The position numbers were made by a program, and so were the translations under genes. This document shows, piece by piece, positions 1 to 13,470 of a stretch of DNA of 64,000 nt. The notes beneath the pieces are model-generated. The model was not told where the DNA came from, did not search any database, and worked only from the letters and a program-made list of their open reading frames with translations. Source of the stretch: Eledone cirrhosa (taxonomy: Eukaryota); NCBI GenBank assembly GCA_964016885.1, contig OZ024741.1, positions 154,132,001-154,196,000 of the forward strand, read 5' to 3'. The number at the start of each line of letters is the position of its first letter. Position 1 is the first letter of the stretch.

Positions 1-780
1 TAAATTCAGAAATTGGTTTTCGTTGCCAGATTCCTTTCAACAACTCCAACTCGCAAAAGTGCCTCCGTTGGTTTGATCTTGCACTCTTCCACCCACAAGA
101 TGAACTAATTTGTGATGTAATCATGCCAGAGCCTCTCCTGAGATAGCATAAATGTAGTGAGGTGTATAGCTGGAAATATGCATTGGCATAATCAAGTCAA
201 ATCTTGAGCTAATATATGGACCTCATATATATGGTGCCTGCCATTGGAATAGTAACTGGCTAAGAGTATCTATGTCAGACGTCTGATCAATGTGCATGGG
301 TGGCCTCTGTCTATGATGCTGTGGATGTACTGGTTGGAGCTGGTTCAACCCATCCTGGGCATGTACCAACTCAAATACAAGTAGTAGGTCTATAAAAGGT
401 TGGTTATAGACTCAGACCAGATGCAAAATGGTTGATAGCCCAGCCAAATTTAACATATTTAATGTATCCTGTTTAAAATATTTAATGTATCCCTGCATGT
501 TGAAGATGACTTAGTGTTTCTTCTATAAGTACAGTGAAGTCTGTGCTTCACTCATAAGGTTTAATAAAACTGAAATATGGTCAGAGTTGTCTCCCTGACA
601 ATGAAATTAGACATTGAGTTACTGTTATCAAATGCGTGCTGGGTGTGGTCATTAGTTCTTATCTTGTCACTGATTTGTCAGGGAGTGAAGTGCAGTGGCC
701 ATGACAGTTTTCTGAACCTCCAGGATTGGTGAAAGGGAGGGAGATATCCACAACACTACACACACACACACATATACATA

Positions 781-885
781 TACAAGGTGTCCCCCCCAAA
801 ATCTATACACACTTCAACAGTATTCAATAAACATTGCTTGTACATGTAATCAAAGTGTGCATACATGTTTTTGGGACGCCCTGTA
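781..885. mobile_element. Tc1/mariner-type MITE remnant
   Basis: Imperfect TIRs TA-CAAGGTGTCCC..TATACACACTT / AAGTGTGCATA..GGGACGCCCTG-TA with TA target dinucleotides. Confidence 0.6.
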
Positions 886-910
886 TATGTGTATATATAT
901 GTGTGTGTTT

Positions 911-1120
911 ATATGTTGAACAATGAAAACGAAAAAGAGGAGGTTTAGTGTTTAATTACTTCATTGTTTTATGATTGTTTCAGAAAGTTGATTGATCACA
1001 ATAATATCAATTAATCACTATATCGGAATTATCATGGTCAATTAACCTTCTGAAATGATTGTAAAACAATAAAGTAATTAAGCGCTAAACTTTGCCTTAT
1101 GTTTTCATTGTTCAACATAT
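911..1120. repeat. Long imperfect palindrome (~95-bp arms)
   Basis: ATATGTTGAACAATGAAAAC at 911 pairs with GTTTTCATTGTTCAACATAT ending at 1120; arms align with mostly transition mismatches. Confidence 0.8.
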
Positions 1121-1309
1121 ACACACTGTACCTGTAATTCAAAGTGCCAGCCTTGTCACACACTGTGTCACACTGAATCTCCCTGAGAATTACATCAAGT
1201 GTGCACATGTTTGTGGAATGTTAAGCCACTAGCACATTAATTCCATGAGCAGGCAGTTCCATTGATCAAACAACTGGAATACTGCAGCATTGCATCACAC
1301 TGTTGCAAG

Positions 1310-1805
1310 TAGAGCATCAACAACAACAACAGAAGCAGCAGCAGTATCAACAACAGCACCATCACCACCACCAACACCACCATTACCACCACTACCACTA
1401 CAACCACCACCACCACCACCATCACTACCACCATCACCACCACGAACACCATCACAACCATCACTACCACCACAACCACCACTACCACCACCAACAACAA
1501 CAGCACCATCACCACCAACACCACGACTACCACTACCCCCACCGCCAACAAAACCATCACCACCATCAGAAACACCAACACCACCATTAACAGTGCAACA
1601 TACCATATGGTGACTGCACTAATTAGCAGACAAGCTTGCTTCACTGTGACTGAATTATCTTCACTTTTGTATGACCCCCACACACCTACTGATGTCTCAC
1701 ACTTACTACTACTACTGCCGCTGCTGCTACTACTACTACTGATGCTGCTGCCACTACAACTACCGGAGTTTTTGGTGGTGGTGGTGGTGGTGGTGGAGGA
1801 GGTAT
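1310..1805. repeat. Trinucleotide low-complexity tracts (CAA/CAG/CAC, CTA/CTG, GTG)
   Basis: Directly visible; explains the poly-H/Q/P/V ORFs. Confidence 0.95.
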
Positions 1806-2526
1806 GAATAATGTTGATGGTGATATGGTGTTGGTAACAGCTGCACCAATAAGCCTGTCACTCTCTCTTCCAACACACCTCTAGTATTATTTTTTCTATT
1901 TAATCTCCTCACCAACAACCAGCATGTACCTTCTTATCTTTATCTTTCTACTATTACTACCTCCTCATTTATGCTCTTACCCTGAAAATTCTCCCAATCC
2001 TCCATTTGATAGCAGAGTAAAAATAGTAAGAAAAAAATAAAATATATCTAAACATTGATTTGATACTGAAGTTGATATGGTGGTTTCGTGTCAGAATGAA
2101 ATGTACCAATATTCTAATCATTTATGTAAAGAAATATGTTTTATAGCCCTCCCGAGAAACCAGCCCCAGATTTGCAAGTGGAAACCCAAAGTACAACGTC
2201 TCAAGCAGATGATAGTCTGAAAGAGTAAGTTTTCTATAGATGTTTATTAAGTTGTGCACTAAGCAGCTGAAATATACAATAAGTTTATATCTGTGTATAT
2301 ACAGATCAGAAGTAACTAAGACTGCATGACAAACATTTATTTTCCTGATCGATTTTCAAACCTAGTTGGGTTCTCATCAGAAGATATGTATATCATCTAA
2401 TTAACCACAAGGAAATGTGTAATATAGTGGTATCCTGAATGGATGTAATATTTCACATATTATTAGTACTTATGTTTATAGTTAATTAAGATATATATAA
2501 AGATATGTTGTTGTTATTATTGTTAT

Positions 2527-2705
2527 GGTAGTATTGGTAGTGGGTCAGACGCCATGCTTTGACGCATAGAGTTACGGCCCTTGCCATTCTGAGTTCAAAT
2601 CCCGCTGAGGTTAACTTTGCCTTTCATCCTTACGGGGTCGATAAAATAAAGTACCAGTAATGCACTGCGTAATTGGTGGCCTTGTGCCAAAAAGTAGAAA
2701 CAGTT
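2527..2705 (+). mobile_element. tRNA-derived SINE, family A (other copies about 4527-4565, 20668-20760, 28756-28937, 30665-30745, 39770-39830, 42778-42890, 43097-43285, 43298-43467, 43520-43700, 45592-45775, 52458-52610)
   Basis: A-box-like start, B-box GAGTTCAAATCCC, conserved core GGTTAACTTTGCCTTTCATCCTTACGGGGTCGATAAAATAAAGTACCAG, tail GGCCTTGTGCCAAAAGTAGAAAC(ATT)n; more than 12 copies in the window. Confidence 0.9.
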
Positions 2706-3413
2706 ATTATTGTTATTGTGTATCAACCCTATTCAATTCTATTTGTACTTAAGTAACTTTTGCATTAGGAAGGGAGCTGAGTAAACTCTATAACTCTGTA
2801 TTCTAGTCAAAATGGAACTGACTTTGTAAAAAATATTGTTTGGCTTCTATATTAAAGATAATATTGAATTTATTAATGGAAATTCAGTTGTTGTTTAGGC
2901 TCAGGTTAGCCTTGATCAAGCAGACGTATGATGAAAGGCTTTCCAGCAAATATATGTATTTTAAGTCTCCCTAACCCTGTCCTTATCATCCTTTTGTTCT
3001 GACCTTTACTTTCATCATTATAGCTTGTCAGCTTCATCTTAACATGTGGTCAATGCTCCATGCTAAACCTACCACTTTATAGTATGGCATATAGGCTAGG
3101 TCTGTATCCCATATAAAGTCAGGTTCTATATCTTTCACAAACAGAGTTATATGCTTTCTGAATGTAATCTTCATTGCATCTAATGAGCAAATAATCGAAC
3201 CCAGAGTTGAGCTGCATATTACTTAACTATTATGTAACTGCTTATGGCTTAGAGCTGGTCCTTTGTTAAACACACATGATGCATGATTATGAATAAAATA
3301 TGTTGGATTGAAATTTTGATCTCTCTTTATTAAAATAAACACTCTACACCTTACACTATGTATACCTATATACACATACACACACACACATATATATATA
3401 TGTATATCTTCAG

Positions 3414-3491
3414 CTCTTCCAGAGAAAGTGACTCCGGAAGATCGTCCATACTGCAGAGAAGATACAACCTTTCTTGGGAGAATCCATCTCC
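3414..3491 (+). CDS. Possible isolated 78-nt internal coding exon (xLPEKVTPEDRPYCREDTTFLGRIHLx), gene unknown
   Basis: Acceptor tcttcag, donor gtaagt, open symmetric phase-1 frame, higher GC than flanks; no partner exons established. Confidence 0.35.
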
Positions 3492-4302
3492 GTAAGTATT
3501 TTGTTGAATTGTTTTACACTACAGTAGTAGTAGTGGTGGTGGTGGCAGTGGTGGTAGTAGTTGTTACTAAGTGAGGTAATGAAATAATGGTTATTTGGTA
3601 AATTAGACAGAGCTGCCCAAAATAATAGGTCCTCACTTTTCCAGTTATTTTTCAGCAAGGTTTGTTACTCCATTTCTCCACTACATTATTCAGAGAGAGA
3701 CACAGTCCAGATACTGTGACCCACTTCAGAACCTTCAAGAAGGCTGAGTAAACAAGAGAAAAAGATATCTTCAAACAGGATTATCTGTCCGAAATATTTG
3801 GAAGAGAGTGAACTCCACTAAAGGCACTTAAGAGCCAGGTGGTGGTGGCAGTGATGCTAAACAAAGCAGTGGAGTAGCCTCCATTAAAGACACTGAAGAA
3901 CAAGTTTGTTATTGTGTTAAACTGGACAACAGAGTGAATTGCACTAAAGACACCCAAATTCCAGGAAGTGGTAGTGGTGTTTAAAGTGGTGAAAGAGAAT
4001 ATGTCTATCACCTAGTAATAACTGTCCTCCTAATAGGTTTCCCTCACAAGACTTTGGTTGGTAATGGAAGATGACACTTGCCATCTAAATTTAATATCAC
4101 ATTAGGCAGCTACATAGTTCTCTAATTTAGCTCGGTGGTGACATGCTGCTTACTGACAGTCAAAGAAGCAAATATAGATATTGAATATTTCTAACATAGA
4201 CACAAGGCCAGAAATTTGGAGTAAGGGAACAATTCATTATAATGACTAGTCCTCAACGTAGAAACAATTATAATGACTAGTCCTTATTTTATCAACTCTT
4301 AA

Positions 4303-4522
4303 CCCTTTAGCATTTAAACCAGCCATATCCAGCCAGAATTCTCTCACCTCTTTCTGTTCAAACCGGCTGTAACTGGCCACTCATATTGACATTAATATAT
4401 TGTTCTCAAAATAAATAATATCAAAATCTCATAGATTTGATATTATGTGAGATAATTATGTAAGATAAAGCCTTTACTACAAAATACAATAGCATACATA
4501 GAGTAATGTAACTGCTAAAGGG
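4303..4522. mobile_element. piggyBac-like MITE inserted into a SINE
   Basis: TTAA at 4299-4302 and 4523-4526; 10-bp TIR CCCTTTAGCA/TGCTAAAGGG; flanks rejoin into a reverse family-A SINE core. Confidence 0.75.
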
Positions 4523-4699
4523 TTAAAAGATGAAAGGCAAAGTTGACCTCAACAGGATTTGAATATAAAGGCCTGTAATTGTATACTGCAAGGAATTTAG
4601 TTCAATGCACAACCAAACCTGCCAAGCTACCAATTCTTTGGTATGAAATAATATAGTTATAAAGGTTACATAAATGATTAAGATAACTGGAGAAAGACA

Positions 4700-5311
4700 G
4701 ATTGGGGACCAAATTTAATAAGATGCCAAGGCAGAAATGTTGGGTCAACAGTATGAAAGTGTCTTCAGTGAGCCATCTAAAACCATGAAGATCCATGACC
4801 CAGGAGAATTCTTCAAGGATATCGACCATACTAAACCTACCCTATCCGACATTGATTTCAACCCAGAAGACATAGAAAGAGCCATAGACAAGCTCTCCAT
4901 GCACTCGGCTGCAGGGCCTGATGGTTTCAATGCCATGATACTTAAAAACTGCAAGGTACAATTGTTGAAACCCCTTTACATGATATGGAAGGAATCTATG
5001 GAGAATGACAAAACACCAAATACATATAAAGAAGCACACATAACTCCAATACATAAGGGGACAGCAAATCAAAACCAAAGAACTACCGACCAATCTCACT
5101 GACATCACACATTATCAAGGTCTTCGAAAGAATAGTTCGTGGAAAACTGGTTGAGTTCCTGGAATCCAACAATCTGATGAATTGCAATCAGCATGGATTC
5201 AGGTTAGGTAGATCATGTCTTTCCCAACTACTGGCACACCATGACCAAATCCTAGAAAATCTAGAGAATGGATACAACACAGATGTTATTTACCTCGACT
5301 TTGCCAAGGCA
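4700..5311 (+). mobile_element. CR1/Jockey-group LINE RT fragment, frameshifted and cut by the assembly gap
   Basis: SAAGPDG, ITPIHKG and QHGFRLGRSCLSQLL..DVIYLDFAKA motifs in ORFs 4737-5102 and 5177-5311. Confidence 0.85.
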
Positions 5312-5511
5312 NNNNNNNNNNNNNNNNNNNNNNNNNNNNNNNNNNNNNNNNNNNNNNNNNNNNNNNNNNNNNNNNNNNNNNNNNNNNNNNNNNNNNNNNN
5401 NNNNNNNNNNNNNNNNNNNNNNNNNNNNNNNNNNNNNNNNNNNNNNNNNNNNNNNNNNNNNNNNNNNNNNNNNNNNNNNNNNNNNNNNNNNNNNNNNNNN
5501 NNNNNNNNNNN
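5312..5511. other. Assembly gap (200 N)
   Basis: Run of N. Confidence 1.
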
Positions 5512-7150
<1,639 letters not shown>

Positions 7151-7338
7151 GTAGATAAATCTACCAAGAGTTTACGGTAGTGTCCAATCCGTATGAAGAA
7201 CTCAATGTATTCCGGATATCATGGAAAGAAGAGATGTAATGAAAATCCACTTTCGGTGAAAGATAAACGGTATACAGAGTCAAGATAAAATATTAAACAA
7301 ATAATGAACAAACAATTCCTTATATTAAACAAAAAAAG

Positions 7339-7493
7339 TTCACTATTTAACGATCGTTTCTAGGGTATATATGTGTTATAATTGGTATGCATATTTAACA
7401 GATCTATGTACAAAATTATACAAAATTATACAAATTATCAAGATTAAATATACATACCTAACTCATATATACGCCGTCTTCAGAAATAATGAA
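7339..7493 (-). ncRNA. Type I hammerhead ribozyme in the PLE terminal repeat
   Basis: On the - strand: TTCATTATTT-CTGAAGA-[116-nt hairpin]-GAAAC-GATC-GTT-AAATAGTGAA. Confidence 0.75.
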
Positions 7494-8074
7494 GTATATT
7501 TATTGATAATAACAACAATTCAAAATATCAGTTCAAAATTGACCAATGAAAACACAAAGGGTTAAAAGCAGTTTGGTGTGTGTATATACATGTAAAAACC
7601 TTACACATATTTTACAATAATGTGTGTATAATTTGTATGTGCATACTAAAAAGATGGATGCAAACACAAAATTTCAAGGTTAATATCTCTGTAAGCTTAA
7701 AGCGCTGATAAGATACGCAATGATACTTATGGAGTCAAGCATATAAATATATTTTTTTCATACTCACACATATCAGTATAATCACACATACATGTGCGTA
7801 TATGCATAAATATACACATAACCACGAACATACAAACACACACACTCCCCCACTCACATTTATATATGTGGATATAAAATCATAAGCAAATAGAAATTAA
7901 GTCACTCACATAAAAACACTGGCACACACATTTCAAGATCAAGATACAGAAATTAGGTGGGAGGGGGGGGAGGGGTCAGTATTAGATTGTCAGACCAGAC
8001 TGCCTAATATAAATGTATCTATAAATTAAGAAAAATAAAAAAATAAAAACAATAAAATATAATAAATATAATAT

Positions 8075-8260
8075 AATGTACATACACATACAGATATACA
8101 TACACATACATACATGTACGCGCACATAGAGATATCTACACATACATACATACACACATACCTATACAGTCATACACACACATACATTTACACGAACATA
8201 CACGTACACATATAAAAAGATATAAGTACACACACACTCACGCGCAACACATACACACAT

Positions 8261-8313
<53 letters not shown>

Positions 8314-8410
8314 TAGACTCATATATATATATATACATATACATATATATATATATAAACATATATATCCACACACTCATACCACCATAAATACACATAC
8401 AAACACCCAC

Positions 8411-8444
<34 letters not shown>

Positions 8445-8649
8445 ACATACACACACGTACACATATATATATATATACATATATACACATACATATATAT
8501 ATATATACACACACATAAAAAACAGACATGCACATATATATATATATATATATTTCATTACTCTTATATATACACACAGTATATATACATACACAACCTC
8601 ACTTATACACATATACACATAAGTTATATTACAATAATAATAAAGAATA

Positions 8650-8682
<33 letters not shown>

Positions 8683-8830
8683 TATATACATATATATATA
8701 TATATACATACATACATACACATACATACATACACATAAATATATACATACATAAATACACACATACGAAAAGACATATATTCACACATAGACACCTATA
8801 TACACATATATATATATATATATATACATC

Positions 8831-8878
<48 letters not shown>

Positions 8879-10145
8879 CACACACACACACACACACAGA
8901 CACACATACACACTCACATATATATATATATATATGTGTATGTGAGTGTGCGCAAATACACATATATATACACACACACATACAAACACACACAAACACA
9001 TACATATGCATACGTGCACACACACACACATATATCACATAGATACGAAGATAAACATATAAATAGAGAGACATACAAATATATACAGAACCCATATACA
9101 CATACATACAAACACGCATATACATATACATACATATATACACATACATATATTCCTATATACAAGCATACACATACATACACATATATACATATACATA
9201 CACATATACATACCACACATTCACATACACATACATATATAATACATATATATACATATATATACACATACATATGTATGTACGATCATATATACACACT
9301 CAATCTTACATTCATATTTACATGCTCATATATGTATTTTTATATTTAGAAATAAATACCAAAACCTATATAGACACCCACCTACACATATATTCATACA
9401 TATACGCTTACAAAAACAGATGATAATAGTATGGGGGAAAGGGGGGGTTTGGAGAAGGGGATCAAAGTAAATATATGTTTCAAGAAACATATAATATTTT
9501 CCGTATCTTAATTCAATGTATGTTCTTACATATTTTCAGTGCTAGGAAATACGAAATCTATGCATCTCAAAACAAAAAAGTATACCATTAATCATATGTT
9601 AACTAAACCAAAGATAGTCAACATATTGATTTCCAAGGTGTAAATTAGTTAGGTTTATAATATTTGAAGCAGAATTATGAAGTCAAACAGTAGTAGATTA
9701 TTAATTACATTATAACTAAATTAAAGTTAATAACGTTATGGTATCAATATTAGGAGATGAATTTAGTAATAGGGAAAAGAAACCCAAATAAAAATAAAAT
9801 AAAGTATTACATCGGTAGTAGCATATAAATTATATGTTAACTAAATTAAAAATTATATATTTATTACAATAGTATACGTTAATTAGTATATGTTAATTAG
9901 GTATACAATACATAAAGCAGATATTGTATTTCATCAATAGCATAATATAATTATATGCAAATAAAAATCAAAATTAATACGCATACATATACATATACAT
10001 ACACATACACATACATATACATATACACACATATATATATATATATACATATATATACACATATATACATATATACTCACATAAATATACATACAGATAC
10101 ACATAGAACACACACATATACATATACATATAGATATACATATCT
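8075..10145. repeat. TA/CA-rich microsatellite blocks (8075-9300 and 9980-10145) inside the PLE 3' region
   Basis: Directly visible. Confidence 0.9.
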
Positions 10146-10407
10146 TTTTCAAAAAATTGCACAGAATATATTAACTAGGTATATATCCAAAACACATCCC
10201 ATTCTATGATTACATGACATTCTGCAATTCGTCTGTACAAGGATACTAATTTTAAGCAAATTAAAATTAAAGTTTTAGGTTGATTAAAACTAAAACCAAA
10301 TAATAAATATATTTCCAAAATGTATATTAATTAGGTCTATAATACTAAAAATTCTTTCTCCGTCATTGGATACATGATATTATTTTGTTATATTTTATCT
10401 GTAAAAG

Positions 10408-10447
<40 letters not shown>

Positions 10448-10635
10448 ATAATAAAAGGTTAAAATAAATTAAAATTAATCTATAAATTAAATTACTGAGT
10501 ATATATTAGTAATATTTAAAGGTTTTTCAAAATTTATGATTACATAATATTTTCTCATCTGTAATAAAATATTAATTAAATTAAATTTATAGGTTAACTA
10601 ACATTTAAATTAAATTAAATTCTAGAATAATGTTA

Positions 10636-12315
10636 TTAATTAGGTTTATAATATTTAAATGTTTTTTTTAGTTTATGATTACACGATATAATTAATTCCT
10701 GTCTTTTATTTAATAAGATATCCCTAGACTTCATTATTTCAAATAGTTCTTGGGAACATAATCTACATTCCTTTCTATTATTTTGATAAGGGGTGGCTCT
10801 TTTGAGCACACTCCAGGTCAAATCATATTTTATATTTTTATTTTTATAACTATTGATTTTTTCTGCTAGAGATGTTGTATTAGCCAGTGCGGCATTTTTA
10901 AAGCTATGTTTGTGGGTATTATACCTTGTCTTAAAATTGTTAGAGGTAGCTCCTATATATGAGCAAATAGAATCTTTAGTTTTAACATTACATTTATAGA
11001 CTATGTTGTTAACAAGACAATTCCCTTTTAATGGGCAGTTTGTTTTGTTTCTACAGTTACATCCTTTCGTTAATTCTGTATTTGAGGAGATATTATTGTT
11101 AATTTGATGTACTGGTGGTATACTTATGGTTTTCTTACATTTATATGCATTATATGCACTTATATTTTGTTTTATGTTATTTGTTGTAGAGTATGAGAAT
11201 TTAACTGTAGACCTATTTAAGATTTGATGGTATTTGTGGTTTGGCGGGAAGTTTTTCTCAAGGATATAAAAAAATTTTTTAGCAATATTATCCTTAACTT
11301 GTAAATTAAAAGGAGCATTATACCAAGTAACTCGTCTATTACGGTTTCTATGTTGTTTATTATTTTTATTATTTTTATATGTTGTATCATGATTTTTACT
11401 AGGAGGATTAATGTTAATGATCTCACCACAACTATTTTTAGTTATATTTGTAGATTTAGGTGTTTTATCTTTTTTATTAGGAGTTTTATTATTAATATTT
11501 ATTATAGTTGTATGATGAGTAGTTTTTTGAGGGTTACTATACTTTATATTAGAAGATTTAGTATTTTGGGGTATACTGTGGGTGGCATTTAGGTGTGTAC
11601 TTTTCATTTGGTGTTTGTTGGTAATATTATGCTGTATGCTTTCAGTATTTTTAGTAGAAGGTATATACTCCAATCTATTTTTGTGGCCACTTCTATCTAG
11701 AGCTTCATTATAAAAGGTCGCATTTTTATCAAATACATCTTGGTTAGAAGAAAGGTTAGAAATTCTAAGTGATATATTATATGCAAGGTTTTTAAGGATA
11801 GATTTAGGGTGATTAGATTGTGAGTGTATGTAATGTAAGTTTTGGTTAGGTTTATGGTAAGGTTGGTATATACCCGTAGCTAAATCTAAAGTTATATCTA
11901 GGAAATTTACTACTTTACTTGTTTTTTCAAAAGTAATATTAAGATTATAATAGTCTTTAAGGAAAGTTCTAATATGCTTTTTGTTTTTTTCGATTTCTGA
12001 AAGGCTAAGGTTGTTAGAAAGAAGAAGACAGTCATCACGATATAAACCACCTTTGAGGTGGGGAAAAGAGGCATTTATGTTGAAAAGGAGAAAGAGGCCC
12101 ACAAGATCAGTAATTTGGGCGGAATCGCTTGAACCCATAGTAATATCAAAAAGATTACTGTATGTGTTTCTGGTCCAGTATTCATTCTGAAATTCAATAA
12201 GTGTTTGTCTAGCATGTGTAATAATGTTAATGTCATCCGAAGTTAAATTAGATCTATTTTTAGCAAATATTAATGCTTTGTTCAGGAGTATGGGTGATAT
12301 AGAAGAATAGTAATT
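10636..12315 (-). CDS. PLE polyprotein remnant (RT C-terminal part, thumb, CCCC Zn-finger, GIY-YIG endonuclease); N-terminus missing
   Basis: Frame stays open 59 codons upstream of the listed Met (NYYSSISPILLNKALIFA..FDITMGS); motifs GLYRDD, FLDITLDL, HSQSNHP, CNCR..CP..GNC..NIVYKC, YIGATSNNFKTRYNTHKHSF, CRLCSQE. Confidence 0.9.
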   Translation of the reverse strand, partial: NYYSSISPILLNKALIFAKNRSNLTSDDINIITHARQTLIEFQNEYWTRNTYSNLFDITMGSSDSAQITDLVGLFLLFNINASFPHLKGGLYRDDCLLLSNNLSLSEIEKNKKHIRTFLKDYYNLNITFEKTSKVVNFLDITLDLATGIYQPYHKPNQNLHYIHSQSNHPKSILKNLAYNISLRISNLSSNQDVFDKNATFYNEALDRSGHKNRLEYIPSTKNTESIQHNITNKHQMKSTHLNATHSIPQNTKSSNIKYSNPQKTTHHTTIININNKTPNKKDKTPKSTNITKNSCGEIININPPSKNHDTTYKNNKNNKQHRNRNRRVTWYNAPFNLQVKDNIAKKFFYILEKNFPPNHKYHQILNRSTVKFSYSTTNNIKQNISAYNAYKCKKTISIPPVHQINNNISSNTELTKGCNCRNKTNCPLKGNCLVNNIVYKCNVKTKDSICSYIGATSNNFKTRYNTHKHSFKNAALANTTSLAEKINSYKNKNIKYDLTWSVLKRATPYQNNRKECRLCSQELFEIMKSRDILLNKRQELIISCNHKLKKTFKYYKPN

Positions 12316-12518
12316 ATATGTATAGAAGAATAGTAATTATAATTGTGTTTGCATCCATCTTTTTAGTATGCACATACAAATTATACACACATTATTGTAA
12401 AATATGTGTAAGGTTTTTACATGTATATACACACACCAAACTGCTTTTAACCCTTTGTGTTTTCATTGGTCAATTTTGAACTGATATTTTGAATTGTTGT
12501 TATTATCAATAAATATAC

Positions 12519-12673
12519 TTCATTATTTCTGAAGACGGCGTATATATGAGTTAGGTATGTATATTTAATCTTGATAATTTGTATAATTTTGTATAATTTT
12601 GTACATAGATCTGTTAAATATGCATACCAATTATAACACATATATACCCTAGAAACGATCGTTAAATAGTGAA
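12519..12673 (+). ncRNA. Second, inverted copy of the hammerhead ribozyme
   Basis: Stem I 12519-12528/12664-12673, CTGAAGA 12529-12535, GAAA 12652-12655, GTT triplet 12661-12663. Confidence 0.75.
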
Positions 12674-12724
12674 CTTTTTTTGTTTAATATAAGGAATTGT
12701 TTGTTCATTATTTGTTTAATATTT

Positions 12725-13470
<746 letters not shown>

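Larger units (their letters stand above)
7151..12727 (-). mobile_element. Penelope-like retroelement (probable Naiad/Chlamys clade), 5'-truncated, with inverted terminal duplication
   Basis: RT+GIY-YIG ORF; long 3' region ending at (TA)n; 7285-7669 repeated in inverted orientation at 12343-12727; hammerhead motif in both copies; (TA)n on both flanks. Confidence 0.88.

Noticed and set aside
1237-1807. Poly-His/Gln/Pro/Val ORFs
   Set aside because: Open in most frames on both strands because of trinucleotide repeats; no convincing splice or domain support
7371-7565. Identical 64-aa ORFs at 7371-7565 (+) and 12447-12641 (-)
   Set aside because: By-product of the inverted repeat; antisense to the ribozyme and no coding signal
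10636-12315. Selenoprotein-type Naiad with in-frame UGA
   Set aside because: The retained frame has no in-frame TGA and ends in TAA; the missing 5' part cannot be assessed and no SECIS was identified
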